DNA of 64,000 bases, taken from the IMG/VR virus record IMGVR_UViG_3300027759_000085, positions 1,452 to 65,451 of that record. The stretch is one strand, 5' to 3'. The notes under the pieces are model-generated. The model was not told where the DNA came from, did not search any database, and saw only the letters and a list, made by a program, of their open reading frames with translations. A program made the position numbers and the translations under genes. Source of the stretch: a virus (taxonomy: Duplodnaviria; Caudoviricetes). Below are positions 48,799 to 58,740 of the stretch, one piece after another; position 1 is the first letter of the stretch; the number at the start of each line of letters is the position of its first letter.

Positions 48799-51405
48799 AT
48801 GGGCTTACCACAGAATTTAGGAAGATTATCCGCAGCATTAACCTCTGATGCATCATTAAACATTGGTGTAGGTGTAAATCCTAGTGGTTCATTTAAATTT
48901 GAGGTGGGTACAACAAGTAAGTTTACAGGAGTAGCTACCTTTGGATCTACTTTGTCTAATGGTACTTACTCTTATACTTTACCAGGAGCTACAGGTACAT
49001 TTGCATTAGTAGGTGGAGCAGGTGTAGGAACTGTTACAAGCGTTGCTGCTCTTACTTTAGGCACTACAGGAACTGACTTATCATCTACAGTAGCAAATGG
49101 CACTACAACGCCTGTAATTACGTTAAACGTACCTGATGCAAGTGCAACTGCAAGAGGTGTGGTTACTACAGGAGCGCAAACCTTTGCAGGAGCTAAAACT
49201 TTTAATAATGGTATTTCAGCAAGTAATAGCACAGGAAATACAATAGCATCTACTTGTTCAGCTACAGGTGGACTTGCTTTTTATGGTCAATCGTCTGGTG
49301 GCATAGGCGCTCAATTTGAATCAAGCGCATCAGGAGAAGCAGCATTAATTGCAAAGCATACTAGTACAGGTCCATTACAATATTGGATGACCACATCGGG
49401 AGTAGTTGCTACTATGTCAAATGCAGGTGGCTTAACTCTTGCAGGTCAGCTTACTTTAAGTTCTACCATAACCAATGGAACATATACCTATACGCTACCA
49501 TCAGCTACAGGTACATTAGCTTTGACATCTGCTTTGAGTGGTTACTTACCATTGACAGGGGGTACGCTTACAGGAGCATTAAGTGGTACAAGTGCAAGTT
49601 TTAGTCAAGGTATTTCTGCTGATGTTGGTTCGGCTACTTCTTCAATACAAGTTAGAAATGCAAGTACAGATGCCCCATTTATTGGATTTTTTCGTGGTGG
49701 AACATTAAGAAATACATTGCAATTACTTACAGATGGTTCTTTTAAACTTACTGATGCCTCCTTAGTAGCCAATGCAGGTCTTACAATGGGAGCATTAAGT
49801 GGTACAAGTGCTACGTTTAGTACTGCAAGTAATGACCAACTAATTATTAATTCAACTAATTCAACAGGTGCAAAAGAACAAGATATTAAGTTTACTAATC
49901 AATCTGTAAATAAAGCATTAATAAGAAATGTTGCAGGTGGAAATATCTTTGATTTCTATTCTTATGAATATGGTTTCTATCCTTTACGCATAGCATCCAC
50001 AGGAGCAGCTACGTTTAGTTCATCGGTTACTGCGACAAGTTTTTCAAATGCAGGTTTACAATCAGGAGAAGTATTTAATGGTACTAAATCAAATGCAGGA
50101 TATTTTGTAGGGTATTTACAAAACACATCAGCAACAGGGTTAGGATTATATATTCAAAATGGAAATGATGCAAATGATGCTTTAAGAATTGGGAATGCAG
50201 CAGGAAGTGCTAATAATATACAGTTATTTGGTAGTGGTAAAGCGTATTTTGCTGGTAACGTAGGTATAGGAACAACAAGTCCAACTGCTAAATTACAAAT
50301 AACATCAACATCAGCAGGTGCAGCAAGTGTTGCATTATTTTTAAATAATAATAGTGCCACATCAAGTACTGAAACAAGAATAGCATTTGCAGCTAATACT
50401 AATGATGATATTTCAACTAATAGATATTCATATATATCAGCTTTAAATACAAGTGGAAGTAATGGTCAAGCATTAATTTTTGCTACCAATGAAACAGGTA
50501 ATGCAGCAGTTGAACGTTTAAGAATAGCATCCACAGGAGCAGCTACGTTTAGTTCATCGGTTACTGCATCAGCTTTCATTCCAAGCGGTTCATCTGTACC
50601 AACAAACGGAATGTATTTATCGGCTGCCAATACTTTAAACTTTGCGACAAATACTACAAATAGGTTAAGTATATCAAGTACAGGCGAAACTTCATTTAAA
50701 GGAGTTGTAGGTGGTAGCTTATCTGCACTTCCACAATTCTATATAAATAGCACAGGAGCTAACTATGGATTACTACAAAATTTAAATTCTACAACTTGGT
50801 CAATAGGTTACGGAACTTCTGTATCTGCACTAGGCACTTCTCTAATAAGTTGGAATACATCAGGTAGAGTAGGCATAAATACATCAACCCCCACTGCTAA
50901 ACTTGAAGTACAAAGTGGGACAGGTAATTTAACTACAGGATTATTTTACAATTATACAGGTGACCAAACTGCCACAAATTTAATATCAACATCAGGCAGA
51001 GCCGATGTTTTTTATCATTTTCAAGCATTTAGTAGTAATACAACTGAAGTTTTTAGAATTGAATCAAATGGTAATGCAAAAAATACAAATGGTAGTTATG
51101 GTTCATTGTCTGATATAAAAATAAAAGAAAATATTTCAGATGCTACACATAAACTTGAAGATTTATTAAAAGTTAGAATTAGAAATTATAATATAATTGG
51201 ACAAGAAACAAAACAAATAGGTGTAATTGCTCAAGAATTAGAAGAAATATTTCCATCTATGGTTGATGAAAATCAGGATAGAGATGATGAAGGAAATTTA
51301 TTGGAAACTACAACAAAAGGAGTTAAATATTCAGTATTTGTACCAATGCTAATCAAGGCAATACAAGAATTATCAGAAAAAATAACACAATTAGAAAACA
51401 AATAA
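48799..51405 (+). CDS. tail fibre with S74 intramolecular chaperone
   Basis: GNVGIGTTSP, ERLRI, SDIKIKENI..IGVIAQE..LIKAIQE. Confidence 0.85.
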   Translation: MGLPQNLGRLSAALTSDASLNIGVGVNPSGSFKFEVGTTSKFTGVATFGSTLSNGTYSYTLPGATGTFALVGGAGVGTVTSVAALTLGTTGTDLSSTVANGTTTPVITLNVPDASATARGVVTTGAQTFAGAKTFNNGISASNSTGNTIASTCSATGGLAFYGQSSGGIGAQFESSASGEAALIAKHTSTGPLQYWMTTSGVVATMSNAGGLTLAGQLTLSSTITNGTYTYTLPSATGTLALTSALSGYLPLTGGTLTGALSGTSASFSQGISADVGSATSSIQVRNASTDAPFIGFFRGGTLRNTLQLLTDGSFKLTDASLVANAGLTMGALSGTSATFSTASNDQLIINSTNSTGAKEQDIKFTNQSVNKALIRNVAGGNIFDFYSYEYGFYPLRIASTGAATFSSSVTATSFSNAGLQSGEVFNGTKSNAGYFVGYLQNTSATGLGLYIQNGNDANDALRIGNAAGSANNIQLFGSGKAYFAGNVGIGTTSPTAKLQITSTSAGAASVALFLNNNSATSSTETRIAFAANTNDDISTNRYSYISALNTSGSNGQALIFATNETGNAAVERLRIASTGAATFSSSVTASAFIPSGSSVPTNGMYLSAANTLNFATNTTNRLSISSTGETSFKGVVGGSLSALPQFYINSTGANYGLLQNLNSTTWSIGYGTSVSALGTSLISWNTSGRVGINTSTPTAKLEVQSGTGNLTTGLFYNYTGDQTATNLISTSGRADVFYHFQAFSSNTTEVFRIESNGNAKNTNGSYGSLSDIKIKENISDATHKLEDLLKVRIRNYNIIGQETKQIGVIAQELEEIFPSMVDENQDRDDEGNLLETTTKGVKYSVFVPMLIKAIQELSEKITQLENK

Positions 51406-51408
51406 AAT

Positions 51409-51738
51409 ATGAAAAACATAACACCTATCTCTATATGGGATAATGGCACAGTCCAAGAAGCAACAGTATTAAATACCTATGCTATTAATGTTCAACTAAA
51501 TAATTCAGCTACCTTTTATTGGGGATTATATAGCACAATTGAGGGTAATGTAGCTAATCAGCTATCGCAAGGCAATCTAACAATGTCAGGTGAGGCTTAT
51601 ACTGAATGGACAATAGATGAATATGCATGGGATTGGGTAGCAGAACAACTTAATTTAACTATTACAGGAGATTACGTTCCTCCTGTTCCTGAGCCTATGT
51701 TAAAACCTATTGTTGAACCTATTGTAGAAGAAAATTAA
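51409..51738 (+). CDS. fibre-associated small protein
   Basis: GNLTMSGEAY..W..AWDWVA motif after fibre. Confidence 0.6.
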   Translation: MKNITPISIWDNGTVQEATVLNTYAINVQLNNSATFYWGLYSTIEGNVANQLSQGNLTMSGEAYTEWTIDEYAWDWVAEQLNLTITGDYVPPVPEPMLKPIVEPIVEEN

Positions 51739-51751
51739 AACCAAATAAATT

Positions 51752-52351
51752 ATGAAAAAGATATTAATCGGATTAGCTGTAGCAGCAGTAGTAATCATAG
51801 CAACTGTAATTATATTAACTCAAGACAAACCAGACTCAGGTGCAGACAAAGCATTAGTCTTAGTAGATGGCAAGTTTGCTTTCTGTGGAGCATCAGGAGC
51901 TGAGTTGACTGGTCGTACAATAGTAGTACAAGGTAAAACCTTTTTAGAGGGCAAATCAATCTGTCCTGTATTGGATGGTATTTCAATAGCTAACACTATG
52001 CTAGTAGGTAATCCTTCAGTTACTCCAGATAGTACAGACAATACAGTATGGTCTTACTTCTGGTACTTTGATAGCGTTCCTCAGGCACCTACATGGGACT
52101 TATTACCTACTGTAAACAGATCATTTGTAGTAACTAAAACTCAGGGCATGAGCAATATGTTCTGTATGCCTTGTAAGGTCTTAGAAGATAAAGTCAATGG
52201 TGTTACCTTAGCAGAATGTTTTGGTCCTATCAACGAAGCCGCAGTGCCTTTACGTAGGTCACTAAGAGTAGTTGAGGGTGAAACATCTATAACTCAAGCT
52301 CCAGAGGGTGCAAGTTATCCTGTAGGAACCATTATACCTGTAAATAAATAA
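51752..52351 (+). CDS. signal-anchored Cys-containing protein
   Basis: N-terminal TM; FAFCGAS, CPV, MSNMFCMPC, ECFGP. Confidence 0.65.
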   Translation: MKKILIGLAVAAVVIIATVIILTQDKPDSGADKALVLVDGKFAFCGASGAELTGRTIVVQGKTFLEGKSICPVLDGISIANTMLVGNPSVTPDSTDNTVWSYFWYFDSVPQAPTWDLLPTVNRSFVVTKTQGMSNMFCMPCKVLEDKVNGVTLAECFGPINEAAVPLRRSLRVVEGETSITQAPEGASYPVGTIIPVNK

Positions 52352-52413
52352 AACTGATTTGCAAGTGTACGTATATTATTGTATATTTGATTTTTAAAAA
52401 CAAAAATATATAT

Positions 52414-52833
52414 ATGAAAGTAAAATTAACACTAGGTGAAATCCTTAATTTAGATATTGAATTATCTGGATACGTTAACCCAGAAAATGGTGAGCAAATA
52501 TTGAGCGGTCTTTTTTCTCAACAACTATCATTAGTTACTAAGTTTAAACTGTCTGAGCTGAGAGACTTGATTGCTCCACTTAAAAAGAACGTAGAAGACC
52601 TTAAGAATGATATCATTAAGTCTAAGGGTGAGGAGAAGGATGGTACTGTATCTATACCTATGATGATTGACGATGTAGTGAACCCAGTATTTCTTGAGTT
52701 TCAAGAAGAATACAATAAGCTTATTTCAGAAGAAAAAGAATTGGAGATCTCTGAATTTAAAATAGAGGACTTTGATATTGTAACTAACGAAAGTTATAAC
52801 ACATTCTTTAAGATAATAAAAGCTCAACAATAA
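52414..52833 (+). CDS. conserved acidic protein (possible tail assembly chaperone)
   Basis: Start at MKVKL; TATATTTG promoter at 52382. Confidence 0.6.
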   Translation: MKVKLTLGEILNLDIELSGYVNPENGEQILSGLFSQQLSLVTKFKLSELRDLIAPLKKNVEDLKNDIIKSKGEEKDGTVSIPMMIDDVVNPVFLEFQEEYNKLISEEKELEISEFKIEDFDIVTNESYNTFFKIIKAQQ

Positions 52834-52848
52834 TACAGGGGATATACA

Positions 52849-54648
52849 ATGTTGTTTCATGTAATTACTAGGTGTACTAGACCAGAGAATTTAAAAAAAA
52901 TATATAACTCTTTCAACGGATACGATAAGCTTAAGTGGACTGTCGTATTCGATGGAAGTTTTTTAGCTGAAATAGACTTAGAGCTACTTGGTTGGTTAAC
53001 TAAGGTAGGTGCAAACTATAGATTATTTTATAGTACAAAGGGTTCCTATCTATACCCTCAGATCAATGACATTGTAAGCTCAAATAAGGGCTTGTGGAAC
53101 ATCCTTATTGACGATGACAATATAGTTCACCCAGATTATTTTAGTTCGTTAGAGAGCTTAATACAGGGCAACACGAGCTCAAGTGTATTCATATACAATC
53201 AGGTACTAGAGGATGACTCTATTAGGCTGTGCTCACCAGAGAATACGGTAGTTGGAAGTATAGACTTAGCTCAGTTTACATTCAATACTGATGTAATGGG
53301 TCTTGCTTCTTTTGGAGCAGGTTACTGTGGTGATGGTGAGTTTATAGAGGAGCTATACAAGAGAGTCCCAGAAGACTTTAGGTTTATAGATAAGAATCTA
53401 TGTTACTATAATTACCTTACTAGACCAGATCAGGTAGTAAAAAAAAACTCTAGTTCACCCTCGGTACCAAAAGTTCTTTGTCTAGGTAAAACTAATTTAA
53501 AGGAACTAAATTCTATAGCTCATCTAGGGTACGAGGATACCTCACTAAAGTTAGTAGACTCCATACACGATGATCCAGACTCTATTGTAACGGTAGGTAA
53601 TAAGAAGGATACTTACTATAGTGATCTGTGCTCTAAGCCATTAGAGTTAAGGAAGAGGTGGATACACTTAGATAATAACAATAAGAACCTAGGTGAGATA
53701 GCTTACAATGTAGCGATGAATGCTATATTGGATGTACACAGACCAACGGTTTCTTACTTCACATCTGCCTACAAGACAAAGGATAAGATTTGGATTGCAT
53801 ACAATTCTTTATATAATCAAACATCACATGACTGGGAATGGGTTATAGTTAACGACTCTCCTAACTGTGCAGTAACAAGAAACATTCTTAATGAGATATC
53901 TGCATTAGACTACAGGGTTAAGGTTCATGAGTTTAATAAGAAGTCTGGTGGTATTATAGGTGAGGCTAAGTATAGGGCGGCATCGTTGTGTTCTGGAGAG
54001 ATCTTGGCTGAGCTTGATCATGACGATGAGCTAAACATAAACTGTACAGACTATTTAATACAGGCATCTATTGCTCACCCACGTGCAGGATTCTTTTACA
54101 CTGACTGCTTAGAGACAGATGATTACGGTAATTCAATGACCTATGTAGATGGGTTCTCTTTTGGTTACGGTAAGTATGAAACTCAGTTACATAATGGAAG
54201 GGAGGTAAGTGTAGCCATTGCATCTCCTATTAATCCTAAGACTATACGTCACATTGTTGGAGTACCTAATCACGTTAGGGCATGGAGGAGATCCTTTTAC
54301 CATAGTATAGGAGGTCACAACAGAAGGTTAGCTATAGCTGATGACTACGAGTTAGTTGTACGTTCATTTTTAAATACAGAATTTTGTCACATAAAAGCAT
54401 TAGGTTATGATCAAAAAATATACAATAATCAATCTGGCCAGAATACTCATAACGCTACCAGGGGAGATATTCAACGTAGGGTTCGCACTATTATGGGCTT
54501 CTATAACGACCAGATAGCATCTAGGTTTAAGGCTGTAGGTTATAGTGACTGGGCATACAATTCTAATAAGAATAATCCGTTAATGGTAGAAAGTATTTTT
54601 GATGGGTATAACTATTCAAAGGAGTTTATACCTGTAAATAATGTATAA
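52849..54648 (+). CDS. tandem GT2 glycosyltransferase
   Basis: LIDDDN and ELDHDD DxD motifs; EWVIVND; ADDYE. Confidence 0.85.
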   Translation: MLFHVITRCTRPENLKKIYNSFNGYDKLKWTVVFDGSFLAEIDLELLGWLTKVGANYRLFYSTKGSYLYPQINDIVSSNKGLWNILIDDDNIVHPDYFSSLESLIQGNTSSSVFIYNQVLEDDSIRLCSPENTVVGSIDLAQFTFNTDVMGLASFGAGYCGDGEFIEELYKRVPEDFRFIDKNLCYYNYLTRPDQVVKKNSSSPSVPKVLCLGKTNLKELNSIAHLGYEDTSLKLVDSIHDDPDSIVTVGNKKDTYYSDLCSKPLELRKRWIHLDNNNKNLGEIAYNVAMNAILDVHRPTVSYFTSAYKTKDKIWIAYNSLYNQTSHDWEWVIVNDSPNCAVTRNILNEISALDYRVKVHEFNKKSGGIIGEAKYRAASLCSGEILAELDHDDELNINCTDYLIQASIAHPRAGFFYTDCLETDDYGNSMTYVDGFSFGYGKYETQLHNGREVSVAIASPINPKTIRHIVGVPNHVRAWRRSFYHSIGGHNRRLAIADDYELVVRSFLNTEFCHIKALGYDQKIYNNQSGQNTHNATRGDIQRRVRTIMGFYNDQIASRFKAVGYSDWAYNSNKNNPLMVESIFDGYNYSKEFIPVNNV

Positions 54649-54687
54649 TATTATTTATACTTTTGTAATATAAACTATAATCATTTT

Positions 54688-54984
54688 ATGAGCTCTGATA
54701 TATTAATACAGGCAGTTATTTTAGTAGTATCCAATGCAGCAACGGCTTGGTTTACTAACTCGGCAACTAAAAAGAAGCACTCAGCAGAGGCTGCAAGTTA
54801 TATTTCAGACGCATATAAAACACTAGTGGAAGACTTACAAGAACAAATAACTATAATGAAGAGCGAGATTGAAGACCTCAGGTCTAAATTGTCGGCTATG
54901 GCTGTAAGGGAGGTTGATCTTTCATTAAAAGTTAAGAAACTAGAGACTGAAAACTTAGTCCTAAAGCGAGATAAATCAATTTAA
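54688..54984 (+). CDS. TM plus coiled-coil protein (holin/spanin-like)
   Basis: N-terminal hydrophobic helix; TACTTTTG promoter at 54658. Confidence 0.5.
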   Translation: MSSDILIQAVILVVSNAATAWFTNSATKKKHSAEAASYISDAYKTLVEDLQEQITIMKSEIEDLRSKLSAMAVREVDLSLKVKKLETENLVLKRDKSI

Positions 54985-55041
54985 ATTTGGTTTTATAGAA
55001 ACTACTCCATACCTTAGCTTCAATTTAAAACATATAATACT

Positions 55042-55671
55042 ATGAAACAGTGGCTATACTGGATTGGAGGTGCATTATTATTTTCCTTAATAGTAATTTA
55101 TATTAGCTCCCCATCTAAAAAAGACTTATCTAACAAATCAGAATTAGATCTATTCTACGATCTACAAGATACCATTAAATACTACAAGAATAAGGATGGT
55201 TCTAGCACAGCTCAAATAAAGCTCTTAGAGGCAGACAAGAAGTCTTTAGGTAAGGTATTAGCACTCAAGAACAAAAGTCTCTCAGATCTTCTTAAAAGTG
55301 GCTCTACGTCAGCGACAGTGTTTGAGACCCTAACTGTTTACGATACTATTACTAAGGTAAGGGTAGACACAGTTAATTCTAAGCCTAGCTTTAAGGATTA
55401 TACTAAAGATAGGTGGATTGAGATTGACATTGAGTTAAAGAACGATAGCTTAAGAAAGTCTATAATCTTACGTGATTCAGTTAGTGTATCATTCAAAAAG
55501 GTTTCACAGGGGTTCCTTAAGAGAAAGAAGTCTGTTGTTGAGGTTAAGAATTATAATCCTTATGTAAAAATAAATAACCTTCAATCATTTGACGTTACAG
55601 AAAAAAGAGTTAACCTATTATTCCCTGGTATAGCTATTGGGGTAGCAGGTACATTGATTCTTTTAAAGTAA
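55042..55671 (+). CDS. putative spanin-like membrane protein
   Basis: TM segments at both termini; DTI/DSV repeats typical of Bacteroidota phage lysis proteins. Confidence 0.5.
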   Translation: MKQWLYWIGGALLFSLIVIYISSPSKKDLSNKSELDLFYDLQDTIKYYKNKDGSSTAQIKLLEADKKSLGKVLALKNKSLSDLLKSGSTSATVFETLTVYDTITKVRVDTVNSKPSFKDYTKDRWIEIDIELKNDSLRKSIILRDSVSVSFKKVSQGFLKRKKSVVEVKNYNPYVKINNLQSFDVTEKRVNLLFPGIAIGVAGTLILLK

Positions 55672-55672
55672 T

Positions 55673-56095
55673 ATGGCTAAAATAATAAGAAGAAAGAAGA
55701 AAGTTCTCAAAAAGAAAACTTTTAGGTCTGGCTTAGAAGACACTACAGCTCTTCAAATTAAAAGCAAGGGAGCCAAGCTTTTATATGAAACCTCTAAAAT
55801 AAAGTACACTATCCCAGAAAGTGATCACGTCTATACTCCAGACTTCATACTTCCTAATGGTATCATCGTAGAGACCAAGGGTAGGTTTATGATTGAAGAC
55901 AGAAAGAAGCACTTACTAATACGTGCTCAACACCCAGAGAAAGATATTCGTTTTGTGTTTACTAGGTCGGCAACTAAGCTATATAAGGGTGCTCGGACTA
56001 CGTATGCTGACTGGTGTGTTAAGTATAGCTTTAAGTTTGCAGATAAAAAGATACCTGATTCTTGGTTCAATGAGCAACAGAAGGAAACTACCTAA
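55673..56095 (+). CDS. T7 endonuclease I-like Holliday junction resolvase
   Basis: FRSGLE, YTPDF, ETKGRF, DIRFVF. Confidence 0.9.
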   Translation: MAKIIRRKKKVLKKKTFRSGLEDTTALQIKSKGAKLLYETSKIKYTIPESDHVYTPDFILPNGIIVETKGRFMIEDRKKHLLIRAQHPEKDIRFVFTRSATKLYKGARTTYADWCVKYSFKFADKKIPDSWFNEQQKETT

Positions 56096-56297
56096 GTATA
56101 GAGTCCCTAAGGATGATGATTTAAGTCATTCAGTATATCTAAATGCTAATGGAGACCTTATGCACCTGTTATTTGTTAATCTACCTGTAGCTGGAGTATT
56201 TGAGTGGGAAGACAGTGATGGCCCTCAACAAGATTTTTTTGTAGAATTTAAATGGGAAGAGGATGATAATGATGATGACGATGAATACTTTTATTAA
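56070..56297 (+). CDS. hypothetical protein with acidic tail
   Basis: Start at MSNRRK. Confidence 0.55.
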   Translation: MSNRRKLPKYRVPKDDDLSHSVYLNANGDLMHLLFVNLPVAGVFEWEDSDGPQQDFFVEFKWEEDDNDDDDEYFY

Positions 56298-56313
56298 CTA
56301 AATAAAAAGAAAT

Positions 56314-57570
56314 ATGCAAGAATTTAATACTGAAAAAGCTTTAGCGTATTATTCGCAAGAGCAAAACATTACCGATGCTTGTAGAAGGCATTGTTCTGAA
56401 CTGGGTATAGATTACTCTGAGAAGTATAGACACAGGCTCAGTAGGCTAATAAGTAGTGGTAGGGTTGACTCATACATTGAGAATGATACTGTTACAGAAA
56501 GTAATAACTACTCTAACGATAAAGAAAAGATTCATAATGGGTTTAATGCTATAGGTGACGATGGTCAGCTCATGAACATAGAGGCTTACTGTAAACACTA
56601 CGGATTAGATGTAAGTAAGATTAGAAGCTATAAGTTAATCAGCCACTCTGGCATACCTTTTTACAATATAGTTTTCTATGAAGAAGTAGTTGAATCATTA
56701 GTTACAGAAGAGGAGCTTAAACAAATTATATCAGAAGGATTTAAGGATATAAAATACACTGAAATAAAAAAAGAAAGCAAAAATAAAGTAGGTATAGCTA
56801 AAATAGCTGATTTACACTTAGGTAGCTATGTTGATAATTTAATTAGAACAAAGAATTTTTCTATTGATATATTGGCTAATAAGCTTTTAGAGGCTGTAAA
56901 TGATATTAACGATAGGAATTATTCAATCGTTCATGTGCACATACTAGGTGATTTAATAGAATCGTTTACAGGACTTTCTCATAAAAATACATGGAAGGGT
57001 TTAGATAAAGCCATGGTAGGATCAGAAGCTGTTAAATTAGTTGTAAAGATACTACACGATAACTTCTTGTCTAAGATTGTAAACTTAGGAGATGTTAAAG
57101 TTGTTGCTGGTAACCATGATAGAGTTACATCCGATAATAAAGAAGATGTTCAAGGAGGAGCAGCAAGTCTTGTTTGTTGGGGATTGGAACTAATAGGTTA
57201 CAATATTGAATTTAATCCATTGGTCATTACTCATACCGTAGGAAAAATTACTCATATACTTACTCATGGACACCACGCATTGAGTAAAAAATCAACTAAA
57301 CAAATATGTTGGGATTATGGTGTTCAAGGTAATTATAATTTAATTTGTGAAGGGCACTTACATAGTATAATACAAAAGCTAAATATTAATCAAAGAGATA
57401 CTTATCAAACAATTAAAGATGATGCTGTTGATCATAGAAGAATGAATTGCCCTAGTTTCTTTACTGGTAATTTTTTTAGCGAATCACTTGGCTACACATC
57501 AGAGAGTGGGTTTGTAATTACAGAAGATAATGGTAAGGGAGTTCCTAATGTATTTTATTACGCTATTTAA
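56314..57570 (+). CDS. calcineurin-like metallophosphoesterase
   Basis: DLH, GDLIE, GNHD, HGH and GHLH motifs. Confidence 0.85.
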   Translation: MQEFNTEKALAYYSQEQNITDACRRHCSELGIDYSEKYRHRLSRLISSGRVDSYIENDTVTESNNYSNDKEKIHNGFNAIGDDGQLMNIEAYCKHYGLDVSKIRSYKLISHSGIPFYNIVFYEEVVESLVTEEELKQIISEGFKDIKYTEIKKESKNKVGIAKIADLHLGSYVDNLIRTKNFSIDILANKLLEAVNDINDRNYSIVHVHILGDLIESFTGLSHKNTWKGLDKAMVGSEAVKLVVKILHDNFLSKIVNLGDVKVVAGNHDRVTSDNKEDVQGGAASLVCWGLELIGYNIEFNPLVITHTVGKITHILTHGHHALSKKSTKQICWDYGVQGNYNLICEGHLHSIIQKLNINQRDTYQTIKDDAVDHRRMNCPSFFTGNFFSESLGYTSESGFVITEDNGKGVPNVFYYAI

Positions 57571-57578
57571 TAATTAAT

Positions 57579-58139
57579 ATGAATAATTTAAAATTTTGTA
57601 GGTCTTGCGAAAAAGATAAAAGCATATATGAGTTTTATAAAAAAGGAGAATATGCAGACGGAAGATACCCAAGGTGTATAGAATGTGTAAAAAGAAAAAT
57701 ATATTTACCAGAAAAAACTTTAATTATTAATAACAAAAAGCAATGTACTAAATGTAATGAATTTAAGGATTTAAGTTTTTTTAGTAAAAGAATTAATAGA
57801 AAATCTGGAGTCCAATCTTCTTGCAAGAAGTGCAAAAATAAACGTGTTAAGAGAGACCCTAAAAAAACTAGAGAGATTAGCCTATATAAATCTTATAATA
57901 TATCATCATTAGATTTTGAAAATATTCTAGCATCTCAAAATAATAAATGTGCTATATGTGGTATAGACCAAAACTCATTAAAAGATGGTAAGAAAAAATA
58001 TCTATGTGTTGACCATTGTCATATAACTGGCAGTATTAGAGGTTTATTATGCGATAAATGCAATAGAGGTATAGGATTATTAAGTGATAATATAGATAAT
58101 CTTTTTAATGCTATAGCTTATTTAAAAAAATATAAGTGA
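57579..58139 (+). CDS. endonuclease VII-type HNH (homing) endonuclease with Zn fingers
   Basis: CAIC..VDHCH..RGLLC..CN plus two N-terminal CxxC pairs; very AT-rich. Confidence 0.85.
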   Translation: MNNLKFCRSCEKDKSIYEFYKKGEYADGRYPRCIECVKRKIYLPEKTLIINNKKQCTKCNEFKDLSFFSKRINRKSGVQSSCKKCKNKRVKRDPKKTREISLYKSYNISSLDFENILASQNNKCAICGIDQNSLKDGKKKYLCVDHCHITGSIRGLLCDKCNRGIGLLSDNIDNLFNAIAYLKKYK

Positions 58140-58143
58140 TACT

Positions 58144-58204
58144 ACTTAGAATCATTCTAAATTGTAAATAAATTTTGTAGTGTCAATTACATTATAGATA
58201 TTTA
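58144..58204 (+). promoter_or_regulatory. Fur-box-like palindrome plus promoter resembling the early promoter
   Basis: TTAGAAT-C-ATTCTAA (58146-58160), then TGTAAATAAATTTTG as on the minus strand at 5524-5556; -7 box is weak. Confidence 0.55.
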
Positions 58205-58207
58205 CCG

Positions 58208-58282
58208 ATGTAAATTTTTCATGTTCTTTAGTTAATAATGGGCGAGTATGTTTGGTGGTTCTTACTGCTCGCCCTTATTTTC
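58208..58282 (+). ncRNA. putative sRNA antisense to early-gene start codons
   Basis: TTTTTCATGTTCTTTAG tract followed by a GGGCGAGTA/TGCTCGCCC terminator hairpin and TTATTTT. Confidence 0.55.
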
Positions 58283-58304
58283 TAACCTAACCCAACAAAC
58301 CTTT

Positions 58305-58670
58305 ATGAAAAAACTTTTGATTTTTAAAACAGATGGTAAAAACAGAGTATTTGAAACTGGTAGTCAAAGAGATAATGACACCAACAAGTCATTGCCTAAT
58401 CACCTAGATGCCTATGTACGTATGAGGTATGGTTACCTGCTCAGGCATGGAGCTAATCATTACGATAAGGGTAACTGGAGAAAGGGTCAACCTACCGAGG
58501 CAGCAATTGAAAGTCTTCATAGACACCTAGCTAAGTTTGAGATCAATCAAGATCTTGGTTTGCCACAGGATGAGGATCATCTGTCTGCTATTATATTTAA
58601 TGTTCAGCTAATTATGAAGAACGAACAGAGAGAAGGTGTTAAGGTTGATCAGTATTACATTCCTATTTAG
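58305..58670 (+). CDS. dATP/dGTP diphosphohydrolase domain protein (DUF5664)
   Basis: GANHY..NWRKG..SLHRHL..DEDHLSAIIFN. Confidence 0.8.
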   Translation: MKKLLIFKTDGKNRVFETGSQRDNDTNKSLPNHLDAYVRMRYGYLLRHGANHYDKGNWRKGQPTEAAIESLHRHLAKFEINQDLGLPQDEDHLSAIIFNVQLIMKNEQREGVKVDQYYIPI

Positions 58671-58678
58671 TTTTTTAA

Positions 58679-58740
58679 GTAAAACGCTTATTATTTGTGT
58701 AAAACACTTAAATGCACCCATTATTTATGTAAAACGCTTA
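58679..58740. repeat. three direct repeats GTAAAACRCTTA
   Basis: 58679-58690, 58699-58710, 58729-58740. Confidence 0.7.

Noticed and set aside
47776-49574. Fibre duplications as a DGR template/variable repeat pair
   Set aside because: Differences are mostly synonymous and not adenine-specific, both copies are coding, and no reverse transcriptase is in the window
16692-51405. Stop-codon reassignment as in some crAss-like phages
   Set aside because: Long genes are intact under code 11 and no suppressor tRNA is seen
58248-58304. N-terminal extension of the DUF5664 ORF
   Set aside because: The upstream ATG lies inside the terminator hairpin; the ATG at 58305 has a normal leader
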